64,000 nt of DNA from Archaeoglobus sp. JdFR-37 (GTDB lineage: Archaea; Halobacteriota; Archaeoglobi; Archaeoglobales; Archaeoglobaceae), in assembly GCA_002010215.1 (NCBI GenBank), contig MTMY01000021.1, forward strand, positions 1 through 64,000, in the 5' to 3' direction. The notes beneath the pieces were generated by a model. It was not told where the DNA came from. It saw only the letters and a program-made list of their open reading frames with translations, and did no database searches. Both the position numbers and the translations under genes were made by a program. Of this stretch, positions 1-8,898 are shown piece after piece; positions within the stretch are counted from its first letter, which is position 1; the number at the start of each line of letters is the position of its first letter.

Positions 1-89
1 GGAAATCCGTAAGGGATGAACAAACACTTGAATTCCGGTCCCTCCTCCTTGAACTTCTCTTCAACCCATTCCCAGTTCACTTCTCCCAT
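1..89 (-). CDS. 5' fragment of an unknown gene running off the window edge (MGEVNWEWVEEKFKEEGPEFKCLFIPYGF...)
   Basis: ATG at 89 with a GGTGG RBS upstream; frame open to position 1; divergent from the regulator at 206. Confidence 0.6.
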   Translation of the reverse strand, partial: MGEVNWEWVEEKFKEEGPEFKCLFIPYGF

Positions 90-205
90 ACTACCACCAA
101 AATTAATGAATTATCATTGTATAAGTTGATAATTAATAGTCCGTAATACATCCTAGTAAGGTTTAATACTCAACAAGACATAATGAACTAGAGTTGGTGG
201 TAAAA

Positions 206-724
206 ATGGGGAGGCACTCTATTTTTCTTGACGCTTCAAGCGAGAAAAAACTTAATTTCATTCTTTCGATGGAAGGTGTATCTAAATCTGAACTTTTACG
301 AAAGATTATATCATTTTATTACGAAATGTGTAGCATAGAACATCCGTTAGACATTGAGACCATCAAGGTCTACATTATGCTACTTTCTAAGGGCGAGCAC
401 CTAATTGTTGATGTAGCTCACTGGGATTTATTCATGAGCCTCTCAAGGTATTTTAACGATGCTTTTTGGGAAGAATTGAATAAAATTGGAAGAGAGCACG
501 GGGAGCAATGGAGAGATAGGGTGAACTTCGTAGGTTTTTTGAAGCTACTCGAGTGCTGCAACTGGTTTTCAGTTGTAAAAATGAACGAAATAAAATACGT
601 GCTAATTTCCAGAACTGAGAATAGCATGGATTTTATAATTGGTTTTTTGAAAGGAGTCTGCAAAGGTTATGGAATTCAGCCCAGAATGGTTAAATTAAAG
701 GGTAAGATACTGGTGGAGTTTTAA
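206..724 (+). CDS. Ribbon-helix-helix (CopG-like) regulator with a C-terminal ligand-binding-like (V4R-like) domain
   Basis: N-terminal RHSIFLD...SKSELLRKII fits RHH; ATG at 206 after GGTGG. Confidence 0.6.
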   Translation: MGRHSIFLDASSEKKLNFILSMEGVSKSELLRKIISFYYEMCSIEHPLDIETIKVYIMLLSKGEHLIVDVAHWDLFMSLSRYFNDAFWEELNKIGREHGEQWRDRVNFVGFLKLLECCNWFSVVKMNEIKYVLISRTENSMDFIIGFLKGVCKGYGIQPRMVKLKGKILVEF

Positions 725-833
725 GCAGAGAAGTCATATGAGTCTTTGATATAGCCATTTTCCAATTGCCATGATATTGTGCAGATTTCAGCATACAATT
801 CAAATTTGAACCTTTCTCAATCTTATTACCATA

Positions 834-886
834 GTGAATCACCCCTCGCTCGCGCAAGGGGTCTTGCAAGCAACAAGAGGATAAAT
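834..886 (-). mobile_element. ~52-bp IS200/IS605-end-like palindromic element, copy 1
   Basis: Minus strand reads TTTAT-CCTCTTGTTGCTTGCAAG-ACCCCTTGC-GCGA-GCGAGGGGT-GATTCAC; similar copy at 24360-24411. Confidence 0.6.
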
Positions 887-898
887 CCCTCAAGCTAT

Positions 899-1312
899 TC
901 ATTCCTTCAGAACCCTCTTTAAAAACTCATCGGGTGTGTAGACCTCGTCAACCCATTTAAAATCCTTAACATTGTTCGTAATCATCGGACACTCAAGCTT
1001 TACGGCCAGACTTCCAATCATGTAGTCTCTTGCCTTAGCTCTAAACTCCCAGTTTCCTATAGCGGCTTCGCTGGCAATTCTGGCACATTCTTTATCAAAC
1101 GATGCAACCTTAACCTTCAGGGCATCCAAGAATGCATCAACGAATTCTCTGCCATCTCTATCATTTTTGCCCTTTTTCTTCAAGTAGTGGTAGCGGAGTT
1201 CCGTGTATGTGATGGTCGAGATATAAGCATCGTAATCGCTGTTTTTCAGCCAGTCACAGAATCTCCTGCTGGAGAAGACGTTAGTATCCAGAATGATTAC
1301 TTTTTCAATCAA
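899..1312 (-). CDS. vapC: PIN-domain VapC toxin
   Basis: ILDTNV, TITYTEL, DYMIG and ITNNVKDF PIN motifs; overlaps the antitoxin stop. Confidence 0.85.
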   Translation of the reverse strand: MIEKVIILDTNVFSSRRFCDWLKNSDYDAYISTITYTELRYHYLKKKGKNDRDGREFVDAFLDALKVKVASFDKECARIASEAAIGNWEFRAKARDYMIGSLAVKLECPMITNNVKDFKWVDEVYTPDEFLKRVLKE

Positions 1313-1523
1313 AAACCTCCTCAAAACCGGTTTTCATCTCTTCTATCGTTTTCTCTATATCTTTGAATACTTCCACGCCTTCCCTGATGATATCGTCCGC
1401 TTTCACAATTTTGTATCCGTCCTCTGTTTTGATGAATACAACTTCATCTCCAGCCTTTATATTGAGTTCTTCCCTGACTCTCTTTGGTATGGTGATCTGG
1501 TACTTCCGGGTAACCAATACCAT
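1305..1523 (-). CDS. vapB: AbrB/MazE/SpoVT-family antitoxin
   Basis: VTRKYQITIPKRVREELNIKAGDEV AbrB motif, directly upstream of the PIN gene. Confidence 0.85.
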   Translation of the reverse strand: MVLVTRKYQITIPKRVREELNIKAGDEVVFIKTEDGYKIVKADDIIREGVEVFKDIEKTIEEMKTGFEEVFD

Positions 1524-1544
1524 TACAGAACACCTCTAGTAATG
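1521..1544. promoter_or_regulatory. Inverted repeat CATTAC-N12-GTAATG over the vapB start, probable autoregulatory operator
   Basis: Inverted repeat seen between the AT-rich promoter region and the ATG; function inferred. Confidence 0.4.
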
Positions 1545-1586
1545 AAATATTCAAAAAGTAATACATATAACTTTTTGTAGTGCGGA

Positions 1587-1844
1587 ATGAAAGTTGATGA
1601 AGAGCTCAGAGCCGCTGCCAACGTCTGGGCAGCTATGATGAAGGCGAGGTACGAATTCTTACCTGAGAGCAAGATGTTTTACGGGGAAATTCCTAGGCTG
1701 AGGGGCGTTTATGCCTATGCGGATACCCTTGAAGAATGCGAAAAAGAGCTGGAAGAAGTACTGGAAGAGTGGGTTTTGATAAGAGTCCCAAAGGTTCTTC
1801 AAAATTCTGGAAGTTGGTGGTGTGAAGATCGCAGTCAGTGGTAG
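1587..1844 (+). pseudogene. hicB: Degenerate HicB-family antitoxin with no hicA partner
   Basis: FYGEIPRLRGVYAYADTLEECEKELEEVLEEW core; the expected C-terminus (ILEVGGVKIAV) lies in another frame. Confidence 0.65.
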
Positions 1845-1870
1845 CCGCAACCATACCCATGACCTTCATC

Positions 1871-3016
1871 TTAAAACCACTTCCATAACCACCACTTTTC
1901 GAAAAGAGCTTTGCCCCAATGCCAAAACATAGAAGGATTCCTCATTTTGATCGTTGGTTCCGGCTCAGAATAAAAATTTCCACTAGCATACCCTGCTCTG
2001 CCATCGCCTAATTCAATGAAACAATATCCTTTTCCTTCAAATTCTTTTATGCCTGACTCTCCTTTAATTTTTGCGGCAATATTATGTGCCACAACCTCCG
2101 CTTGGAAGTGCGCGAACACTCCAGCCTTGGGGAGGAATTTTCCATTTGGAAGTGGTATTTCGGTTATATCCCCGATTGCATAAACATTCTCAAAATCGGT
2201 TTCGAGGGTTCTCGGGTCTACTTTCACCCATCCATTTCTACCTGAGATGGGCGAGTCTTGCAATACTGGAGGCAATCCATGGGGAGGTATACCGATGAGG
2301 AGGTCATAGAATATCTTTCTTCCATTCTGAAACTCAATTTCTTTCTTTTCCGGGTTTATGCTGTTCACGTTATGCTCAGGTGTAAATTTAATACCATTGC
2401 TTTGCAGTAAAAAGACTATCTTTTTTCCAATTTCTGGGCCTACAGTTGGCATCGGTAACTTTTCGGGAGTGACGACTTCAATCTCCACGTTCTTTTCCCT
2501 TTGTTTAAAGTATGAGGACAAAATCAGGGCAGCTTCGTAGGGTGCAGCAGGGCATTTGAAGGGTGTTGATGAGATCAGTACGACCACTCGGCCTCCCCCA
2601 AAGTCACTTATTGCCTCCCTCAGCCTCTCCGCACCAGATAAATCATAAAGGTTGTAGGCAGCTTCTGAAAACCCCGGAATTTTTTCGGGATAGGTGTTTG
2701 CCCCCAAAGCTATAATAAGGCAATCATACGTGACATCGCCTTTAGATGTCAATACTGTTCTGTTTTCAAAGTCTATTTTTTGCACCAAAGCGTTGAGAAA
2801 ATTTATCCCTTTCTTTTCCAGTGATAAAAGAGGTTTTTGAATTTGATTTGCTTCTCTTTCACCTACCATCAACCAGAGCAGTGAAGGGTAAAATATGTGA
2901 TCCAGTTCCTTATCAACCAAAACAATTTCAGTATGTTTTGGCAGTGCTTTCCGTAGCTTATTAGCAACCACTATTCCACCTGCTCCTCCTCCCAAAATCA
3001 CAATCCGATTACTCAT
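1871..3016 (-). CDS. sqr: Sulfide:quinone oxidoreductase-like FAD-dependent oxidoreductase
   Basis: GGGAGG, KCPAAPYE, AIGD, LPKAGVFA and GYCFIE motifs; C-terminal amphipathic WWLWKWF. Confidence 0.8.
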   Translation of the reverse strand: MSNRIVILGGGAGGIVVANKLRKALPKHTEIVLVDKELDHIFYPSLLWLMVGEREANQIQKPLLSLEKKGINFLNALVQKIDFENRTVLTSKGDVTYDCLIIALGANTYPEKIPGFSEAAYNLYDLSGAERLREAISDFGGGRVVVLISSTPFKCPAAPYEAALILSSYFKQREKNVEIEVVTPEKLPMPTVGPEIGKKIVFLLQSNGIKFTPEHNVNSINPEKKEIEFQNGRKIFYDLLIGIPPHGLPPVLQDSPISGRNGWVKVDPRTLETDFENVYAIGDITEIPLPNGKFLPKAGVFAHFQAEVVAHNIAAKIKGESGIKEFEGKGYCFIELGDGRAGYASGNFYSEPEPTIKMRNPSMFWHWGKALFEKWWLWKWF

Positions 3017-3350
3017 TTGATTTTCCTCCATCACCTATAACTACAACTTTATCCGATGTTTCTATCAGTCTCATGAGGTCATTGATGGTTGATGTCGGGC
3101 AAATGCCTTCCTCCTGATGTCTGAGCTTCAAGCATGTACCGCATGCCATAATTTCTCCACCCAGATCCAAGAATCTCTCCATTTCAGCTCGAACGTTGAA
3201 GGTATCTCCCTGAATATTCTCCACCTCTACTCCTGCTCCCAATAAAAAAACTCTGACCTCATGTCCGGCTAAGACTTAAGCAACAGCCAGTCTGAAAGCA
3301 TTTCAGGCTTTTTCGGGATCATTCGTATTGATTATCAGACCAATTATCAC
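3009..3350 (-). pseudogene. DsrE/DsrF-like sulfur-relay protein with two in-frame stops
   Basis: Reads VIIGLIINTNDPEKA*NAFRLAVA*VLAGHEVRVFLLGAGVE...ACGTCLKLR; TGA at 3305-3303 and TAA at 3278-3276. Confidence 0.8.
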
Positions 3351-3670
3351 TCTCTCACCACTTTTGCAATTCTTTCTAGTTTCTCAATCTGGTCTAGCAA
3401 AAATTCTCTCATTAAATCACAGGCCTTCAAAATTCTTTCGTCGGCAATTCTGTAAAATACACTGTTTCCGTGTCTTCTTGTCTCGACGATTCCCCTTTCC
3501 CTGAGTACTGCCAGATGTTGAGATACGCTTGATTGAGGTAAGTTAATAAGCTCTACAAGCTCATTCACAGTTTTTTCTCCCTCCCGGAGGAGATCTATGA
3601 TTTCCAGTCTTCTAGGACTCGTAAAAACCTTGCAGATGTCCGCATGGATTTCGTAGAGTGCTTTATCCAT
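3347..3670 (-). CDS. ArsR/SmtB-family (BigR/SqrR-like) regulator
   Basis: SPRRLEII and SSVSQHLAVLR motifs; two Cys (ICKV, ACDL); ATG at 3670. Confidence 0.85.
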   Translation of the reverse strand: MDKALYEIHADICKVFTSPRRLEIIDLLREGEKTVNELVELINLPQSSVSQHLAVLRERGIVETRRHGNSVFYRIADERILKACDLMREFLLDQIEKLERIAKVVRE

Positions 3671-3969
3671 ATATTCTAATATTTCAATCTTACAGTATTT
3701 AAATTTTATGCTATATTTCACAACATGTCTTTTTCCGGAGTCATTTCCCACTTTTAACAAACCCTGATGTGAAGCCACTGGATAAAGCCTAGGACGAGTC
3801 TCATTTGCACTCAAACACTGCCAGTCCTCATCACACCATTCTTGAAATGTCAGCTTTTTTTACATTCTTACGTCTGAACATTGAATTTAGAAACGACAAG
3901 ATAGTTGATGAGAAAAAATTTATATTCAATTCATCATATCTAAGACCATTCGTCTTCAAGGTGTTTTTC

Positions 3970-4341
3970 ATGAAAGCTGATGTAGTTAAAAGGAATGAGA
4001 AAATTGTGAAGCTTCTTACCAAGGCAGGAATCAACGAGAAGTTGGCCAGAATCGTTGTTTTCCTGTCCACAGTACCTGAAGCAGTCTCAAGGGCTATAGA
4101 GAGAGAAGCCAATCTGAGGCAGCCAGAAGTCAGCCTTGCGATGAAGGAGCTCAAAGCAATGGGATGGACAGATGAGGAGCAGGTAAGGACAAAGGGAAAA
4201 GGGAGGCCTTTCAAGGTTTACAGGCTTAAGAGGCCTTTGAAGGAGGTTGTCGGCGAGGTCGTTGAGAGGAAAAGAAGAGAACTTGAGACGATAAAAAGGA
4301 AGCTTGAAGAGCTGGAAGAGCAAGTAGGACTCATTAAGTAA
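3970..4341 (+). CDS. Archaeal winged-helix transcriptional regulator
   Basis: ANLRQPEVSLAMKEL...KGKGRP..VY motif; C-terminal coiled coil. Confidence 0.75.
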   Translation: MKADVVKRNEKIVKLLTKAGINEKLARIVVFLSTVPEAVSRAIEREANLRQPEVSLAMKELKAMGWTDEEQVRTKGKGRPFKVYRLKRPLKEVVGEVVERKRRELETIKRKLEELEEQVGLIK

Positions 4342-4496
4342 TTAACGGTGCAGACATTCCATCAAAATGAGGCCATGATTGTATCTATAGATGAGCCTTC
4401 AAGGTGGCTTAAATTTTTGGAACGTAACAAGCACTAAGCTCAAATCTTGAGGCTTGGTATGTGTTAGGTTGAAATAATTTTTAGGTTGTTTTTAAA

Positions 4497-4557
4497 GTTC
4501 ACAAATTACGAACAAAAAGTTCATAAACCGTGAACTAAAAGTTCACATATCATGAAC
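4497..4557. promoter_or_regulatory. Three 17-bp palindromic sites GTTCAY-N5-RYGAAC at a 22-bp period
   Basis: GTTCACAAATTACGAAC (4497), GTTCATAAACCGTGAAC (4519), GTTCACATATCATGAAC (4541, overlaps the ATG). Confidence 0.7.
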
Positions 4558-5097
4558 ATTTGGAGAATACTATCGAGTAAAGAAAGAACTGAAGTGCTCC
4601 AATACATACTTGAAAAAGAGGTAGTTGGAGTAGAAGAGATAGCTAAAACTCTAAACAGAAGCAAAGGCTTCATTTCTCAGTTCTTCAAGCTCCTTGAAGG
4701 TGAAGGAATCCTGGCAAAAAAGGACAGGAAATATGCGGTGCTCCTCAACTCACCTAAGGTAAGATCAATCAAAATCCTGCTGAACATCATGAGTATTTAC
4801 ACAGTCCTAATCAAATACAGGACAGAGTGGATGGATAGCTTGGGCATATATGGTGGCTTTGCAAAGGGGACGAACAGAGATGATAGCGACATCGACATCT
4901 GGATAAGAGTTACAAAACATCCCGGAGAGAAAGAAGTTGCAAAGGTGGAAAAAAACTTAACCGTTGAGTTCGGCAAGCCCGTTCACATCCTTATTCTCAC
5001 ACCTGAGAAGCTCGAAAGACTAAAAAAAGAGGATCAGATTTTTTACTGCGAACTCTCAAACTCATTTGTGATTTGGGGTGATGGGATTGGATTTTAA
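4552..5097 (+). CDS. HTH-fused minimal nucleotidyltransferase (MNT antitoxin)
   Basis: N-terminal wHTH; YGGFAKG...DSDIDI NTase motif. Confidence 0.85.
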   Translation: MNIWRILSSKERTEVLQYILEKEVVGVEEIAKTLNRSKGFISQFFKLLEGEGILAKKDRKYAVLLNSPKVRSIKILLNIMSIYTVLIKYRTEWMDSLGIYGGFAKGTNRDDSDIDIWIRVTKHPGEKEVAKVEKNLTVEFGKPVHILILTPEKLERLKKEDQIFYCELSNSFVIWGDGIGF

Positions 5098-5518
5098 CGA
5101 GTGTGTCATGAAAGGTTTGCTCAGAAGAGTTACACCGTCGAAAGAGAAGGCACTTTTGAGCATGAAGAAGGCTGAAAGGTGGCTTGACGAAGCAGAAAAG
5201 AACCTCAATTCTGACTCATACGATAGCTGCCTGATCTCTTCTTACCTTGCTATGTTCCATGCTGCAAGGTCAATACTCTTCAAAGACGGTTAGAGGGAGA
5301 AAAGCCACTTCTGCATCTCGCGATACCTTGAAGAGGAGTATGTCAAAACTGGAAAGTTAGAGAAAGAATGGGTAGGCTTGCTCGATAGGCTCAGAGGGTT
5401 AAGGCATGAAGATCAGTACGACATTTCATATTTTGCAACAAAGGAGGAAGCTCAAGAGGCTTTGAACGTAGCATTCGAATTCGTAGAAATGATAGAAAAA
5501 CTTCTCAAAGAAATATGA
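5081..5518 (+). pseudogene. HEPN-domain protein interrupted by an in-frame TAG at 5291-5293
   Basis: ...YLAMFHAARSILFKDG*REKSHFCISRYL...LRHEDQY...EMIEKLLKEI*; the frame continues intact after the stop. Confidence 0.85.
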
Positions 5519-5699
5519 CTTAAAATTTATTGATGTCACAAAATAATCTAATTGGGTAGATTAGTGGCTTTCTGGCTTTGCACAACAACATAAGATGATT
5601 GAAGCATTCTCCTTTTTCATAAAGATCCATACGATAAGGACATCCGGAGGTAGTCGAGAAATATTTTCAGAAAACTTCTCACATCACCATACTTATCGT

Positions 5700-6059
5700 T
5701 TAGTCTTCTTTTATCTTTGTACGATAAAACCACCAGGTTATACCGCTAGTCAGTATGGCAATTTTCACGCCATGCTTAAAGGAATAATTGAGAATCTGCT
5801 CCTGATGCCTCTCGAGGTCTTCTCCAACTTTTTTCACCTCAATAAATACTTTGTTGTAATTATTGTGCCTCAAAGCAAAATCAACCCTTCCGGTTCCCAC
5901 TGGAAACTCGGGGTGGATTTCGTCGATGTTGAAAGGGTCCCAGCCCAAATATGAAAGAATTTTCAAAATGACGCCTTGCTTGGTAGCTGCCTCATCCAGT
6001 GAAATGAGCCTCCTATCAGATTGTATCCCTCTTATGAATTCCAATAATTTCTCTTTCAA
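5700..6059 (-). pseudogene. Truncated HsdR_N-like (PD-D/ExK) restriction endonuclease fragment
   Basis: EAATKQ..ILSYLGWD, PEF, RVDFAL, FIEVK and LTSGITWWFY motifs, then an abrupt stop. Confidence 0.65.
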
Positions 6060-6238
6060 TACTTTTCACCTCTTTTGGGACATACTACAGATGAACACAC
6101 CCTATATTTCGATTACAGGATACGCCAATTTGTATGCGAGATACTAACCAATTCCGACATCCCTTAATCAGGATTTAGAATATTGGATTCTATAAGCATA
6201 TCAAGCAATGTAAAAGAGCGTTAAACCAAAAGGATGGA

Positions 6239-6321
6239 CGCCGGGGCTGGGACTTGAACCCAGGAGCCCATTACGGGCACCGGCTCTCAAGGCCGGCGCA
6301 GTGCCTCTCTGCAACCCCGGC
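6239..6321 (-). tRNA. tRNA-Ser (anticodon UGA)
   Basis: Acceptor stem GCCGGGG/CCCCGGC; anticodon arm CCGGC-CTTGAGA-GCCGG; long variable arm GCCCGTAATGGGC; GTTCAA T-loop; discriminator G. Confidence 0.95.
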
Positions 6322-6650
6322 AAGTCAATTTTCTGATTGTTCAGACAACCTTCTCGCTGCAATATCTACCGTGAGCTTATGAAAGTTTTGGTGTGAGTGT
6401 GCAGTTCTTGACAATTCCTAGTCATTTTTCCTAAATTTTAGATCCCATCCACCCTACTCCTCCACCCCTAAGATTCACTGAGACCGTACAATTTTACTTA
6501 TTCGCTCTTTTTGACACATTTTGAATAAAGTTAGATAATGCATTATTTAATGCCCTTCAAAATGTTTCAATGTTTTTAGGTTGAAAAGAAAATAGAAACG
6601 CCTATAAGTTCAGTATTCTCTTCAAACCATACAGTCCATACAAATTTCTG

Positions 6651-7673
6651 TTAAATCTCCCATCCGCCCTTTTTGTCTTCTTTGTCTTTTTTCCTACCCT
6701 TAACTTTCTCATCTTCAGCACCTTCAGCCTCAGCAGCTTCATCTTCTTCAGCCTCAGCCTTGCTTTTCATCTGAGTGTATCTGGTGTATGCGAATATTAC
6801 TATTCCTGCAGCAATCAACACTCCACCTATCAGCAAGAGGTTGTCCTGACCGCTGCCTCTCCCTGCCTCAGGCTGCATGGGCTGCTGCATAGGAGGAAAC
6901 TGAGACTCCTTAAAGCTGAGGAAATAAGTCTCACCCTTTTTAAGATTCTGGGCAGAGTAAATGTGGTAGCTGTTATCACCCATTTGCTGAAGACCCAAAT
7001 AATTCAGGTTTTTCACATCAATCCCTTCCCCGCCTGTCAATAGTATAAGCACCTGCTTGGCATCAAAATCAACAACCCCTTCATAAGAAGGGCTTGACAG
7101 TAGGTAAAAGTAGGCAATATCAGCTGTTCCATTTGGAAGTATGCTGGTTTTCACAGCAATAACCCCATCCTTAACAGTCGCTTCACTGCCTGGAGGTGCT
7201 CCGGCGAGATGAACATTTAAAGCAGACTTTGGGAGGGTGAATTCTATCTCTCCGCTGAATATCTTATCACCGGTATTTTGTAGTCTCACCACATCAAATA
7301 CTGTCCAATTTCCGTCATAAGCTATTATCGAGTGTTTGTTAACAATAATTAGCTTCGACGTGTCTGAAGTTGTAGTAAAATCGAAGGTAACGGATGTTAA
7401 ATTAGTAACATTCACTCTTCTGACCGCAGTTATGTTGTTGTACGTTATAATCACGTGATACTCGCCATCCGGCACATCTACATTTACTGGAATTGTTGAA
7501 GATGTCACATTTATACTGGTTTCATTCCCGAAAACCTGAATACTTATGTTTCCTCCTTGATAACCGGTAATGTTTACAACTAACTGTGAGGAAGAAACTG
7601 GGAAAATTAACAGGATGAGTCCAAATACTGTGAGAACGAGAGAATAATAGCCTCGAATATCTCTGCTACCCAT
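6651..7673 (-). CDS. Secreted, C-terminally membrane-anchored beta-rich protein of unknown function
   Basis: Signal peptide, many NxS/T sequons, C-terminal TM helix and a charged tail. Confidence 0.7.
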   Translation of the reverse strand: MGSRDIRGYYSLVLTVFGLILLIFPVSSSQLVVNITGYQGGNISIQVFGNETSINVTSSTIPVNVDVPDGEYHVIITYNNITAVRRVNVTNLTSVTFDFTTTSDTSKLIIVNKHSIIAYDGNWTVFDVVRLQNTGDKIFSGEIEFTLPKSALNVHLAGAPPGSEATVKDGVIAVKTSILPNGTADIAYFYLLSSPSYEGVVDFDAKQVLILLTGGEGIDVKNLNYLGLQQMGDNSYHIYSAQNLKKGETYFLSFKESQFPPMQQPMQPEAGRGSGQDNLLLIGGVLIAAGIVIFAYTRYTQMKSKAEAEEDEAAEAEGAEDEKVKGRKKDKEDKKGGWEI

Positions 7674-7745
7674 AATGCCTCGCTTTTCATGGGATATAAA
7701 AAACTTCCGGGCTAAAATTAAATAGCTCAATAACTGGTAATCTCT

Positions 7746-8837
7746 ATGCAACCCATCTTTTTTGCCGATGCAAGGGCTCCAGTAACTGACGTGGCGAACT
7801 GGTACCAGCCTGAGATGAGTCTGGTAGCAAAGCTGGAAAAACTCATCGACGAAAGCGGAGTTCTCGATTTCATTTCCAGCGGAGATATTGTAGCAGTTAA
7901 AACACATTTTGGAGACAGAGGAACAACAAGAATTCTGCGTTCAGTCTTCTTGAGAAAGATTTCAGAAGCCGTTAAAGAGCGGGGCGGGAAACCCTTTGTA
8001 ACCGAAACCACTGGCCTTGGATTGCTGAAAGACAGGAGTACTGCAGTAGGCAGAATTGAAATTGCTGAAGAGAATGGTATTACCCACCAGACTGCTGGAG
8101 CTCCAGTTATTGTTGCAGATGGTCTTCTCGGCCTAGATTATGTGGTGGCAGAGATCGACGGAAAACATCTCAAGCGGGTGCACGTTGCTAAGGGGATAGC
8201 TGAAGCGGATGCAGTGGTTGTAGCTACTCATTTCAAGCTCCACATGAGGGCAGGAATTGGTGGGAGTATCAAGAACATTGGCGTTGGATGCGTTGCAAAG
8301 CCCACAAAATATGACATTCACGTCCCGAACCCACCGCGGATAATTGCAGAGAAGTGCACGAAGTGTGGGAAATGCGTTGAGGTTTGTCCAACAGATGCCA
8401 TCATCGATTTCCAGATTGACTTGGAGGTGTGCGTTAAGTGCACGGGCTGCAGAGAGGTGTGCGAGTATGAAGCAGTGGAGATTCAGCCCTGGCTCCTTGG
8501 AGAAGAGATTGCCGAAAGAGTTGTTGAAGCCACAAAGGGTGTAATGGACGTAGTAGGAAAGGAGAACTTCGCCTTTCTGAACTTCATGATTGATGTTACG
8601 CCTCACTGCGACTGTCATCCCTTTAGCGACTCCCCATTGATGAGCGACATCGGGATATTTGCCTCGAAGGATGTCGTGGCGGTAGATAAATCCTGCCTGG
8701 ACAGGCTTGTTGAATCGCCTAAAGCCCCAGATGCCTTAATAGACGGATTCTGGCAGAATACTGCTCCAGAAAGGCAGCTCAACTACGCTGCTGAACTTGG
8801 TCTTGGAACTCTCAACTACAGAATAATAGAAATATAA
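7746..8837 (+). CDS. DUF362-family Fe-S protein with a 2x[4Fe-4S] ferredoxin domain
   Basis: VAVKTHFG, HFKLH..AG.GGSIKN, two CxxCxxCxxxC motifs and CDC. Confidence 0.85.
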   Translation: MQPIFFADARAPVTDVANWYQPEMSLVAKLEKLIDESGVLDFISSGDIVAVKTHFGDRGTTRILRSVFLRKISEAVKERGGKPFVTETTGLGLLKDRSTAVGRIEIAEENGITHQTAGAPVIVADGLLGLDYVVAEIDGKHLKRVHVAKGIAEADAVVVATHFKLHMRAGIGGSIKNIGVGCVAKPTKYDIHVPNPPRIIAEKCTKCGKCVEVCPTDAIIDFQIDLEVCVKCTGCREVCEYEAVEIQPWLLGEEIAERVVEATKGVMDVVGKENFAFLNFMIDVTPHCDCHPFSDSPLMSDIGIFASKDVVAVDKSCLDRLVESPKAPDALIDGFWQNTAPERQLNYAAELGLGTLNYRIIEI

Positions 8838-8898
8838 GTGGGTGCCGATAATCAAAAAATTTTTATCCTTACAATAGTAATGATGAAATGTGATTTCC

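Noticed and set aside
3276..5293. Selenocysteine or pyrrolysine recoding of the in-frame stops in dsrE and HEPN
   Set aside because: The TGA sits where Trp rather than Cys is expected and is accompanied by a TAA; TAG and TGA terminate many core genes here; both genes lie in a decaying island
6239..6321. Integrated virus or plasmid at tRNA-Ser
   Set aside because: No integrase, no att duplication and no viral or replication genes in the window
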